From the NCBI GenBank assembly GCA_963843845.1, contig CAWJMB010000002.1, positions 1,792,001 to 1,856,000 on the forward strand: a DNA stretch of 64,000 nt. Direction: 5' to 3'. Within the stretch, counting starts at the first letter, position 1. Each line of letters begins with the position of its first letter. Both the position numbers and the translations under genes were made by a program. The DNA is from an uncultured Gemmatimonadaceae bacterium (lineage in GTDB: Bacteria; Gemmatimonadota; Gemmatimonadetes; Gemmatimonadales; Gemmatimonadaceae). This document shows, piece after piece, positions 50,793 to 61,312 of this stretch. The notes under the pieces were generated by a model. That model had not been told where the DNA came from. It was given only the letters and a program-made list of their open reading frames with translations, and made no database searches.

Positions 50793-51241
50793 GCGCGGTG
50801 CTGGCGAGCGACGAGTCTCGCGTCGACGAGCTGGTCGACGCGGCGACAGGGGCCATGCAGCGAGCCTACGCGCCGTACTCGAACTTCCGCGTCGGCGCCG
50901 CGCTGCTCGGCCGCGGCGGCGACGTGTTCGCGGGCTGCAATGTCGAGAACGCCGCGTACCCCGCGGCGATCTGCGCCGAACGCGGTGCCGTCATGGCGGC
51001 GGTCGCGCGGGGCGAGCGAACGTTCGAGCTGCTCGTCATCGCGACCGACGCCGATGCGCCGACGCCGCCGTGCGGCCAGTGCCGCCAGGTGCTCGCCGAG
51101 TTCGCGCCTGATCTCGCCGTCGTGAGCGTGGCGCGCAGCGGCGAGCGGCGACGCTGGACGATGACCGAATTACTTCCGAGCCCATTCCTCCCTGCGTCGC
51201 TCGGCGACCGGGGCGGGCGCGGCTCACATTCCGACGACTGA
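50789..51241 (+). CDS. cdd: Cytidine deaminase (homotetrameric type)
   Basis: [29 protein letters not shown]. Confidence 0.95.
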   Translation: MSAVLASDESRVDELVDAATGAMQRAYAPYSNFRVGAALLGRGGDVFAGCNVENAAYPAAICAERGAVMAAVARGERTFELLVIATDADAPTPPCGQCRQVLAEFAPDLAVVSVARSGERRRWTMTELLPSPFLPASLGDRGGRGSHSDD

Positions 51242-51244
51242 GTA

Positions 51245-52537
51245 GTGCCACGACTCCCGAACTGGACGCGGCTCGCCGCGTTCGCGCTCGCCGTGGGGAC
51301 GGCGGCTGCATGCTCCGAGCAGATCGAGAGCGGCGCCGCGTGCCCCGAGCTGTGCCCGACCGAGAACGTGCCGGTGCGCGACACGGTGCTCGAAGCCGTC
51401 GTGCTCGACAGCGTCATCGACGGCTATCCGTTTCCGGGAGACCCTCCCTACGTCCTGCTCTCGGCCCGGCCACGCGCCGACACGCTCGACGTTCGCGGCA
51501 TCTTCCGCTTCGATACGGTGCCCGGGAAGTACTTCCCGGCGAACGCCTCGGACTCGGTCGCGATCACGCGCGCCGACAGCACGTACCTGACGATCCACTA
51601 CGACACGGCGTCGAAGGTGATTCCGGCCGGGACGCGCATCACGGCGTACGACGTCGGCTTCCCGGCAGGGAACGACACGGCCACGGCCACCCTGACGCCG
51701 CAGTTCACCCCGGCGCGCGTCATCGGCTCGATTCTGCTCGACTCGGCGACGCTCGCGCGTGACAGCATCCGGATCCGGCTGCTGCCCACCCTGATCCCCG
51801 ACCTCGCGGCGGGAACGCGCCGACTGCGCGTCGGCCTCCAGATCACGAGTCCGTCGTACTCGCGGCTGCGTATCCTCGCGTCTCGCGGCGGCGCCTCGTT
51901 GAGCGCGGCGCGTATATCGTTCGACCCGGTCTCGCCGGGCGACACCACGTACGCGCCGATCGTCGTATCGCTGAACTCGACCACGCCGGCTGGGAGCGAG
52001 TTCGCTCCAGCGCTGCGTGACTTCACCATCGTCTCGGCCGGCGCGGTGCCCACGCTCGCACCCGACCTCGTGGTCGGCGGCCTGCCGGCCCGGCGCGCGT
52101 TGCTTCGGTTCGCGGTGCCGTCGCGCTTCATCGACTCGTCGACGATCGTGCGCGCGACGCTGCAGCTCGTGCAGCGCCCGGCCGCGGGCGCCGAGCGGGT
52201 CGACACCGTGCAGCTCGAGAGCGACATCGTCCTCGCCGACCAGTCGATCACCGATCTGCGTCGCGCGGCCGATCTGTCGGCGCCGCGCTCGGCGTTCGCC
52301 GTCGACTCGCTTCGCCTCTCGCCGGCCGACAGCGGCACGCGCGTGCTGAGCCTCATCAACGTGGTGCGCGCCTGGCGGAACCTCCCCGCGTCGACGCAGC
52401 GGGCGCTCGTGTTCCGCGCCGGCTTCGAGGGCTCGCAGACGTCGGCGCTGCGTTTCTTCTCGCGCGAGGCGCCGCCGGCGCTCCGTCCGCGGCTGCGCCT
52501 CAGCTACATCCCCCGCACAGAGTTCGCGCTGCCGTGA
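51245..52537 (+). CDS. Hypothetical beta-rich lipoprotein
   Basis: Signal peptide with lipobox AAAC, CPELCP motif, ends FFSREA..RPRLRLSY. Confidence 0.7.
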   Translation: MPRLPNWTRLAAFALAVGTAAACSEQIESGAACPELCPTENVPVRDTVLEAVVLDSVIDGYPFPGDPPYVLLSARPRADTLDVRGIFRFDTVPGKYFPANASDSVAITRADSTYLTIHYDTASKVIPAGTRITAYDVGFPAGNDTATATLTPQFTPARVIGSILLDSATLARDSIRIRLLPTLIPDLAAGTRRLRVGLQITSPSYSRLRILASRGGASLSAARISFDPVSPGDTTYAPIVVSLNSTTPAGSEFAPALRDFTIVSAGAVPTLAPDLVVGGLPARRALLRFAVPSRFIDSSTIVRATLQLVQRPAAGAERVDTVQLESDIVLADQSITDLRRAADLSAPRSAFAVDSLRLSPADSGTRVLSLINVVRAWRNLPASTQRALVFRAGFEGSQTSALRFFSREAPPALRPRLRLSYIPRTEFALP

Positions 52538-53721
52538 CCAAGTCGTCGAAGCTCGTCGCCGTCGGCGTCGCGGCACTGCTCCCGTCGGCGACCGTCGCCG
52601 CCCAGGGAACGCTGAGCGGCCAGGGATTCGGCTACCCGACGGGCGAGCTCAGCTCGCGCGCCATCGCCACGGGCGGGTCGCTCGCCGAATTCGATCCCGC
52701 GACGCCGCTGAATCCTGCGTCGATCGGATCGTGGGGCGCGTCACCGATCAACTCGTCGGTGCGCCGGTTCTGGGGACGCATGGGAATCGCCGTGCAGTAC
52801 GATCCCGAGTTCCGACGCGTGACGTCGGGCGGCGCCACCCAGCGCGCGACGCTCGCACGCTTTCCGCTCCTGTCGCTGTCGATTCCGATCCGCGAGCGAC
52901 TGCAGCTCGGCGTCTCCGCCGCGACGCTGCTCGACCGCACGTTCTCGACCGAGCTGCCGAGCACGACGCTGATCGGCGGGACGTCGGTGACCGGCACGCA
53001 GCGGATCCAGTCACGCGGGTCGATCGCCGACGTACGAGTCGCGGCAGCCTACAACGTCGGGGACAACATCTCGGTCGGCGTCGGCGGACACGTGCTGACC
53101 GGACGCAATCAGGTCGTCAGCGACCGGACCTTCAGCGATTCGACGGAGTTCGGCAACGTCAGCGACTCGACGGTCGTGAACTTCGGCGGGAACGCGGTCT
53201 CGGCTGGTGCCGAGTGGCGGATCGTACGCGGCCTCAGCGTCGCCGGCTCCTACCGCCACGGCGGCACGCTGCGCGCCGAGCGCAACGACACCACGCTGCG
53301 GCGCGCGTCGGCGCCGGATCGAATCGGCATCGGACTCCGCGTCGACCGGTTCAGTGGTGCGTCGTTCACGGCGTCCTATGCGAACACCCGGTGGTCGAAT
53401 CTGCGCGGGCTGTCGGCATCCAGCATCCCGATCACCGACGCGCCCGAATACGCGGCAGGCGCCGAGCTCCTCGGCCCGCGCATCGGCATCAGCCAGCTGC
53501 TCGTGCGGCTCGGCGGGCGGCGTCGCACGCTGCCGTTCGGGATCGGCTCGGCTGACGTGCGAGAGACGGCGTTCGCCGGCGGCGTCAGCGCGCCGTTCAC
53601 GGGAGGTCGAGCGGTGCTCGACCTCACGACGCAGTACGCGTCGCGCACGCCGACCGGCTCCACGATCAGCGCGAGGGAGCGCGCGGTGACGTTCAGCGTG
53701 GGGCTCACCGTCCGACCGTGA
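52534..53721 (+). CDS. Outer-membrane beta-barrel protein (FadL/PorV-like)
   Basis: Signal peptide, SRAIATGG..LNPAS plug-like motif, alternating beta strands, ends VTFSVGLTV. Confidence 0.65.
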   Translation: MTKSSKLVAVGVAALLPSATVAAQGTLSGQGFGYPTGELSSRAIATGGSLAEFDPATPLNPASIGSWGASPINSSVRRFWGRMGIAVQYDPEFRRVTSGGATQRATLARFPLLSLSIPIRERLQLGVSAATLLDRTFSTELPSTTLIGGTSVTGTQRIQSRGSIADVRVAAAYNVGDNISVGVGGHVLTGRNQVVSDRTFSDSTEFGNVSDSTVVNFGGNAVSAGAEWRIVRGLSVAGSYRHGGTLRAERNDTTLRRASAPDRIGIGLRVDRFSGASFTASYANTRWSNLRGLSASSIPITDAPEYAAGAELLGPRIGISQLLVRLGGRRRTLPFGIGSADVRETAFAGGVSAPFTGGRAVLDLTTQYASRTPTGSTISARERAVTFSVGLTVRP

Positions 53722-54882
53722 CCGAGACGGCGAGCGACGCCGCACTGATACTCGTCGCCGACGACGTCCCGGCGAACGTCGAGCTGCTCGCCGACCAGCT
53801 CCACGCGTTCGGCTACCGCACGGTCGCCGCGGTCGACGGCCCGTCGGCGTTGCGGCTCTGCGTGGAGGAGCGCCCCGACCTCTGCATCCTCGACGTCGCG
53901 ATGCCGGCGGGCGACCTCGCCGTGCCCGATCGGCAGACCGGTTTCGAAGTGTGCCGACGCATCAAGCGGGACGCACGGACGACGCGTATCCCCGTCATCT
54001 TCGTCACCGCGCTCAACGACACCGCCGACCGCGTGCGCGCGATCGAGGCCGGGGGAGACGAATTCCTGACCAAGCCGCACAACCGGCTCGTGTTGGGCGC
54101 CCGCGTACGCTCGCTCCTCAAGCTCAAGGGAGCGACCGACGCGCTCGAAGACAGCTATCGGAAGCTGCGCGAGCTGGAGAAAGTGCGCGACGACCTCATG
54201 AAGATGATCGTCCACGATCTCAAGTCGCCGCTCACTTCCGTGCTCGCGACGCTCGAGATGCTCGGCGACGGCGACTTCGGGCCGACCACGGATGCGCAGC
54301 GGAAAGCGGTGAGCGACGCGTCGACGCAGGGGAACGAGCTGCTCCTGCTGATCAACGACCTGCTCGAGATCGCGCGACTCGAAGAAGGGGCCGATCACGC
54401 TCTCCCCGTCACCCATCGCGCCGGCGTCGTTGCTCGACGAGGTGATGCACGACTGGGCGGTGCGGTTCCAGCAGGCCGGCGTTCACGAGGTCGTGGACGT
54501 TGCAGCTGACGCGCCGATGTTCGTCGGCGACCGCACGCTCCTCAAGCGCGTGTTCGCCAACCTGCTGCAGAATGCCGTGACGCACGCCGGCGTCGCGGTC
54601 ACGGTCCGCATCAACGCTCGCCGCGACGCGGACGGGATCCGCTTCACCGTCGCCGACGACGGACCGGGAATCCCCCCCGAGTATCACGAGCTGATCTTTC
54701 GGAAGTTCGAGACGGGCCGCACGCGCGGCGCCCCACGCGTGCGCAGCTCGGGGCTCGGCCTCGCGTTCTGCAAGCTCGCCGTCGACGCGCACGGCGGACG
54801 GATCTGGGTGCAGAGCGAGGAGGGGAAGGGGAGCCAGTTCCACGTCGTCCTCCCCCTCGAAGCGCGCCGCACCTCCGGCTGA
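53718..54882 (+). CDS. Hybrid receiver-histidine kinase without sensor domain; frameshift near 54395
   Basis: LVADD, LDVAMP, FLTKP; VHDLKSP, NLLQNA, DDGPGI, GLGLAFC. Confidence 0.9.
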
Positions 54883-54905
54883 GCCGCAGGCCGGTGCGCG
54901 CCATG

Positions 54906-54943
54906 GAAGAAGGCCCCGGTGAGCGAACACCGGGGCCTTCTTC
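54906..54943. terminator. Hairpin between convergent genes, probable bidirectional terminator
   Basis: Perfect 16-bp stem GAAGAAGGCCCCGGTG / CACCGGGGCCTTCTTC with 6-nt loop. Confidence 0.8.
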
Positions 54944-54961
54944 GTCGTCACGCGAGACCGA

Positions 54962-56323
54962 TCAGGCGTTGCGGTCGATGCACCCCTTGAAGTTCGGGTT
55001 GTTCGTCTCGTCGAACGGCACCGGGAAGTTCACGTCGTTGCCGTACGTCGAGCCGAACCGCGTCGATGACCGGGCCGACCGGGAACACCGTGTTCGCGGC
55101 GCGGCCGTACTGACGGACCAGCCGCCGCATGTCGCCGAGCCGATGGCCGGTGAGCCACAGCCAGAACGCACGCTCGCGGAACAGCTGGTCGACCGCCGCA
55201 GCCTGCGTCGTCGGCGCGGTGCCGGCGAGCGGGGCCAGCGCCGGCGCGACGCGTGGCCCGCAGCGCGTTGAGCCCCGTGAACACGGCGTCGCGATCGGCC
55301 TGCGCGCCGCCCTGCAGGCGCGCCTCGAGCTCGATCAGCCGGGCCTCGATGCCGTCGGCGAGCACGACGTTCGAGTTCTGCGCGGGATACTTCTGCTGCG
55401 TCGGCAGGTTGCGCGACGTGCCGTCGAACCCGATGCGCGTCGACGTCGCCCACGGCATGCGCGGGTCGGCCGGCGTCTGGAGATAGTTGTATCCGTTCGT
55501 GCCTTCGTTGTTCGACACGGTGTAGCGCGAGCTCGGCGACCACCGTGCCGCGCCAGATGCCGTTGTCCTGGCGGGTCGTCGCCGCCGAGTGGAACGTCTG
55601 GTACTGAACGTCGTCGGCACGCGCCGCGACCGCCGTCGCCGCGGCCGCGAACTGGCCGAGGTTGAGCAGCGCGCGCGCCTTGCCGACCTGCCGCGAGGTT
55701 GCTGGAAGTTCGCGGCTCGTCGCGTTCGTCTGCGCCGTGTCGAACGAGGCGCCGGCGCGCGTGAACATCTGCGTCGTCGTGAGCGGCGTCGCCGTACACG
55801 TCGTCGCTCGAACCGTCTTCCGTGCTGAACGGCACGCCGGAGCAGTAGATCTCGCCGAAGAAGTCCTCGACGTACCCGCGAATCGCGTACAGCTCGCGCG
55901 AGCGTGTCCTTCGACGCCGGCTTCAGCGTCGCCCACGATCTGATCGCCGCGTCGGCGCCCGAGCGCGCGCGCTGCATGTTCGACGTAGAGCGTGTCGGTC
56001 GCGCCGCCAGGTTGTCGGTCATGTTCCGCTCGTTCGGCAGCAGACGATCGAAGAACGTATCGGTCGCGATGATCTCGTCGGCGAGGTTGCCGGTGGACAT
56101 CGATGAAGCCCGTCCTGGTGCCGGAGAACACGACGGTGAAGTCCTGAATCGCGCCGTTGCGCAGCGCGACCGCGCCCGTCGCGCTGTTCGCCGACGTCCG
56201 ATGCCGATCACGTCGGGATTGGTGACGTTCAACTGGTCGGTGGTGCAGCCGCCGATGGCGAGCGCCGCGACCACCGGTGCTCGCCGGCACGGCCAGCCGG
56301 CGAGCGGTGTGCAGAAGCTTCAT
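54962..56323 (-). CDS. SusD/RagB-like lipoprotein; many frameshifts
   Basis: Lipobox IGGC then TTDQLNVTNPD, ARALLNLG, EARLIELEA, FPVPFDE..NPN; directly downstream of a SusC-like gene. Confidence 0.8.
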   Translation of the reverse strand: MKLLHTARRLAVPASTGGRGARHRRLHHRPVERHQSRRDRHRTSANSATGAVALRNGAIQDFTVVFSGTRTGFIDVHRQPRRRDHRDRYVLRSSAAERAEHDRQPGGATDTLYVEHAARALGRRRGDQIVGDAEAGVEGHARASCTRFAGTSRTSSARSTAPACRSARKTVRATTCTATPLTTTQMFTRAGASFDTAQTNATSRELPATSRQVGKARALLNLGQFAAAATAVAARADDVQYQTFHSAATTRQDNGIWRGTVVAELALHRVEQRRHERIQLSPDAGRPAHAVGDVDAHRVRRHVAQPADAAEVSRAELERRARRRHRGPADRARGAPAGRRAGRSRRRVHGAQRAAGHASRRRWPRSPAPRRRRRLRRSTSCSASVRSGCGSPAIGSATCGGWSVSTAAPRTRCSRSARSSTRFGSTYGNDVNFPVPFDETNNPNFKGCIDRNA

Positions 56324-56336
56324 GTGTGCGCGGGCC

Positions 56337-59300
56337 TCAGAAGTTGAGGTTCAGACGGAGCGTGAGGTAGCGCAGCGGCGGCGTGGCGAAATACTCCTCG
56401 GTCCCGCGCGTGTCGCTGTTCGACTGCGCCGCCTCCGGGTCGACGCCCGAGTAGTTCGTGATCACGCCGAGGTTGCGGCCGGTGAGGATGACGTTCAGCG
56501 CGACGCGCGCAGGATGCATTCGCGCACCGCGTCGGGACCTCGTAGGCGACCGACGCCTCGCGGAAGCGCGTGAAGTCGCCGTCCTCGAACATGCCGCGGA
56601 AGACGCCCAGCTGGTTCGTCGCGACGGCGGCCGCCTGCTCCTCGAGCGACGCGCTCTTGTCGTACAGCCCGCGGCACGACGCACCGCCCTGACACTGGTG
56701 GCGCAGCGTGTTGTTGAACTTCTTGAAGCCCCACTTCGCAGTCGATCTGGCCCGAGATGCGGAGCTTCCGGTTCGAGCAGCTCGATCGTCGGCGAGAACG
56801 CGAGCTCGCGCGTCGGAAACGTCGGGCCGACGAACTGACGCCGAGTCGCTGAACGTCATCTCGCTGAGCGCGATGATGCCGTCGTTGTTCGCGTCTGCGT
56901 ACGTGTAGCGTGCGGCTCCAGAGACCGAACAGCGGGTAGCCCGGCTGGTTGCGCTGGGTGTTGCGGTTGCCCGTGAAGATCGCCGAGACGCCGGGGGCGA
57001 GCGTCGTCATCCGGTTCTTGTTCGTCGAGCCGGTGAGCGTGAAGCTGGCACCGAAGCTCGTACGGTCGACGATCGTCTGGTTCACCTCGAGCTCGAAGCC
57101 CGAGTTCTGTGATGTCGCCGATGTTCTCGAAGCGGCTCGAGATGCCGGCGACCGACGGCGCGATGTGCCGGCTGATGATCGCGTCCGTCGTGTCCTTGTT
57201 GTAGAACGTGAAGGTCGAGGTTCGTGCGGCCGTCGAACAGCGTCAGGTCGAAGCCGGCCTCGGTCTCGGCCGAGAACTCGGGCTTGAGCTTCGCGTTGCC
57301 GAGCGACGCCGAGCGAGAGGCTCGGGGCGTCGCTGCCGTTCGGCAGCGTCGCCGAGAACGGCCGAGAAGTAGCGCAGCGCGTCGGTCGGGCCCGGGATCT
57401 GGCCCGACGCGCCGTACGTGGCGCGAACGCGGAGCGAGTTGAGGCAAGCTCGGCTTCGGGAAGAAGCCCTGCTCGGAGAGCGAGCCACGAGGCGCCGAGC
57501 TTCGGATAGTACACGGCGCGGAAGTCGTTGCCGAACGCGCTGGCCGCGTCGCGGCGCACGCCGGCCGTTGATGAACAGCTTGTCGTTGAACGAGAGCACT
57601 GCTGTCGACGTAGTAGCCGAGCGTGCGCTGGTCCGCCGTGTTCTCCGACGAGCTGCGGGTCGCCGCCGCCGTGACCGTGAGCGCGCCCGGCGGCAGGCCG
57701 AGGCCGGTCGCGCCGGTGCGCACCGACGAGGTTGCGGATGTACTGCATGCCGACCGACGTCTTGGTCTGGAGCCGTCGAACGGGGCTCGAACGTGCCGTG
57801 CCGCCGAGGTCGACCGTCTGCTGGCGTCAGCTCGGAGCGCTGGTTGCTGACGTTGCCCGAGGCGGACCGTGCCCTTCCGTCGGGCCTTCGTTCACGCGGT
57901 TGTAGACTTTGTCGAGGCGGCCGGTGTAGTCGAGCCGAACGTGGCGCGCGTCGGCGAGCCAGCTGAGCGGCGTTGTACTGCGCCGCGACGCTGTTGATGA
58001 AGCGGTTGATGCCCCTGCGTCGTGGTCTGCGAGAACACCTCGCCGATCGGCCACGAGCGGTAGCCGAGAGCAGCGGATGCCGTCGGCGTCGACGAGGTCG
58101 TGGCGCCAGGTCGCGCCCATGGCGTCGACCATGAGGCCCTGGCTGTTGTCCTCGTTCTGCGGCAAGCGGACGTTGCTGTTCACGTAGCCGGACGACGACC
58201 TGCACGAACAGCTGCTTGGCGAGCTGCGTGCTGCAGGTTCGCGCGGAAGCTGTTGCGGTCCAGCGCGTTCGGGCAGATCTGCTCGTTCGGGAGCTCCGTC
58301 AGGCCGCGGCAAGCTGGAGGAGCTGATTGATGTCGCGCTGCGGCATCTTGTAGATGCCGCGCTCGCCCTCGGTCTCGCCCGAGACGAAGAACTGCACCCG
58401 GTCGTTGCCGCCCGACATCTGCGCGCCGTACTGGCGACGCATGCCCGGTCGATCGGCGTGAGCGAGTCGATGTTCAGGATAGTTGCCGTGCGACAGCGAG
58501 TCGACGACGCAGCCGGACACCACGTTCGCGAGCGTGCAGATGCGCGACGTCGTCTGGCCGGCCGACTTGCCCCACAGCGAGTACAGCTCGGGGAAGTCGC
58601 GGATGTTGTCGACGAGCCCGTTCTCGCCGTAGACGTTGTAGCTGCGTCTTGCCCGCTCTTGCCGCGCTTGGTCGTGATGCTGATGACGCCGTTCGCCGCT
58701 TCGGTGCCGTAGAGCGTCGCCGCCGACGGGCCCTTGAGGACCTCGATGCTCTCGATCTCCTCGGGGTTGATGTCGTCGAGGCGCGACGGGCCGGTGCCAC
58801 CGGTGCCGACCGCGAGGTTGTTCGCGGCGGAGATGACGCGGACGCCGTCGATGATGACGACGGGATCGTTGCTGAGCGACAGCGACGACTGGCCGCGGAT
58901 GCGGATGCGCGAGCCGGACCCGGTGACGCCGCCGCTCACGACCTGCACGCCAGCGGCGCGGCCGGAGAGCACCTGGCACCATCGTGTTGACGGGCAGCTC
59001 CGCGACCTTCTCGGCGACCGAGATCTGCGACGTGGTGTTCGCCAGCTCGACCTTGCGCTGCTGGCCCGTGACGGTCGTCACGACGGCGGCGAGCGAGAAG
59101 GCGGCCTGCGTGAGCGAGACGTTGGCCGTCGCCGTGCCACCGGCGGTCACGGTGACAGCGACGGTCTGCGCGGTATAGCCGATCCGGTTGACCTGGATCG
59201 ACTGCGCGCCGGACGCGACCGCGCGTACGGTGTAGCGGCCCTGATCGTCAGTCTGAGCGCCGTTCGTCGTGCCGACGATGCGCACGGCCGCGCCGGAGAC

Positions 59301-59477
59301 CGGTGTCCCGGCTGCCGCATCGGTGACGCGCCCCGTGACCGTGCCCGTCGCACCCTGCGCCGACGCCGTAGCACCGCTCCCGAGCACGGCGACTGCCGCC
59401 ATGACGGCTGCCCCCCACCGCCACCTCACCGCCAGCGACATCGTCGCCGCTTTCGTTACGAGCCGACCGCATCGCAT
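56337..59477 (-). CDS. SusC/RagA-family TonB-dependent outer-membrane transporter; many frameshifts
   Basis: N-terminal carboxypeptidase-regulatory-like domain, [57 protein letters not shown]-terminal LNLNF; AGGAG upstream. Confidence 0.93.
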
Positions 59478-59704
59478 AGCAAGTCCTCTCCTGGACGGAA
59501 TGATGCACCGGCCGCGTACGTGCGACCGGCTTCGAACAACCGCGGAAGTTGGAGTAACCGACCTTCGCGAACGCCGGCTGGTCACCGGCGGCGGGACCTC
59601 GCGTGAAGGCGAGCTGAGATCGGTGGGCGAGCGGAGACGCCTGCGGTGACGAGTGACCGCAGGCGTGTAGATGGTGGGAGACGCCGCACTGGAGCGTCGC
59701 GGCA

Positions 59705-59733
59705 ATCGTAGAGCCCGCGCACGCTACCGTCAA
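59705..59733 (-). promoter_or_regulatory. Sigma70-type promoter for susC/susD
   Basis: Minus strand TTGACG, 17 nt, TACGAT. Confidence 0.65.
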
Positions 59734-59818
59734 TACGGCGCACGCGCTGGGTCGTTGAGCGGCGGCGCGCGTCGCACGACGGGTGTGCCGGCCCACCGCG
59801 ACCGGCTAGCTTGCGGCC

Positions 59819-61180
59819 ATGTCGCGCGCAACGGTCTACATCGAAACGTACGGCTGCCAGATGAACGTGAGCGATTCGGAGCTCATGTACGGGCGGCTGG
59901 CAGCTCACGGATACGATGCGGTCGACGGCCCCGACGGCGCCGACGTGATCCTCGTCAACACCTGCGCCATCCGTGACCACGCCGAGCAGCGCGTGATCGG
60001 TCGACTCGGCGAGCTCAAGCGATTCATGAAGCCCGGCAGCGTGCTCGGCGTCGCGGGGTGCATGGCGCAGCGGCTCGGCCCGATGCTGCTCCAGAAGGCG
60101 CGACACGTCAGCCTCGTCGTCGGACCCGATGGATACCGCTCGCTGCCCGCGCTACTGGACAGCGCGCGAAGCGGCGAACGCGTCACCGCCACGAGCTTCG
60201 ACCTCGAAGAGCACTACGAGGACTTCACGCCGCGCCGGTTCGACAGAGTCAAGGCGTGGATCCCCGTCCAGCGGGGGTGCGACTACCGCTGCACGTACTG
60301 CATCGTGCCGTACACGCGCGGCTCGGAGCGCAGTCGCCAGCTCGCGGACGTCGTGCGCGAAGTCGAGGGGGTCGTCCGTGAGGGGATGAGCGAGGTCGTG
60401 CTGCTCGGCCAGACGGTGAACTCGTACCACGACGGGACGTACGACTTCGCCGACCTCCTGCGAGCGGTCGGGGAGGTCGATGGCATCCGGCGGATCCGCT
60501 TCACGAGTCCGCACCCGAACGACTTCACCGATCGCGCGATCGCCGCGCTCGCCGAGGTCCCGCAGGTCTGCGAGCACGTCCACCTCCCGATGCAGAGCGG
60601 CTCGACGCGCGTGCTGAAACGGATGCTGCGCCGGTACACGCGAGAGGGGTACGTCGACTGCGTGGGACGGCTGCGGGACGCGATTCCGGACGTGAACCTG
60701 ACGACCGACATCATCGTCGGCTTTCCTGGCGAGACGGACGCCGACTTCGAGGAGACGCTGTCGCTCGTCCGCGAGCTGCGCTTCGAAGATGCGTACACGT
60801 TCAAGTTCTCACCGCGCGACGGCACCCCGGCTACCCGATTCCCGGCCGACGAGTCGGTGGCCGACGATGTCGCGAGCGAGCGGCTCGAGCGGCTCATCGC
60901 GACCGTGCGTGCCGGCGCGCGCGAGCACAACCTCACGCTGCTCGGCACTCGCCACGAGGTGCTGATCGAGCGCGAAGGTCGCCGAGGGGACGCGTTCATG
61001 GCGCGGACGCGCGACTTCAAGACGGTGATGGTGCCGGTGGACGGCGTGGACATCGGCGACTACGTCACCGTCGAGCTGACGGGGACGTCTGGCTCGACGT
61101 TCACCGGAGCGGTCGTGCGCACGCCCGCGGAACGGCGTACGGCGCTCCCCATGGCTGCGGTCGCGGGATCGAGTTGCTGA
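59819..61180 (+). CDS. miaB: tRNA-i6A37 methylthiotransferase
   Basis: TYGCQMN, NTCAIR, GCMAQ, CDYRCTYC radical-SAM motif, DIIVGFPGET, TRAM domain. Confidence 0.96.
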   Translation: MSRATVYIETYGCQMNVSDSELMYGRLAAHGYDAVDGPDGADVILVNTCAIRDHAEQRVIGRLGELKRFMKPGSVLGVAGCMAQRLGPMLLQKARHVSLVVGPDGYRSLPALLDSARSGERVTATSFDLEEHYEDFTPRRFDRVKAWIPVQRGCDYRCTYCIVPYTRGSERSRQLADVVREVEGVVREGMSEVVLLGQTVNSYHDGTYDFADLLRAVGEVDGIRRIRFTSPHPNDFTDRAIAALAEVPQVCEHVHLPMQSGSTRVLKRMLRRYTREGYVDCVGRLRDAIPDVNLTTDIIVGFPGETDADFEETLSLVRELRFEDAYTFKFSPRDGTPATRFPADESVADDVASERLERLIATVRAGAREHNLTLLGTRHEVLIEREGRRGDAFMARTRDFKTVMVPVDGVDIGDYVTVELTGTSGSTFTGAVVRTPAERRTALPMAAVAGSSC

Positions 61181-61312
61181 GCCGCGCGGCCCCACCGTCG
61201 TCCGTGGCGCTCACCGCCGGGTAGAGGGGCCCGCCGACGCCCCGCGTTCGCTGCGCACGCGCTGCGTTCGGGTGGTACCGCGCTCGGCAGGACGTGCACG
61301 CAGCATGGCGGG

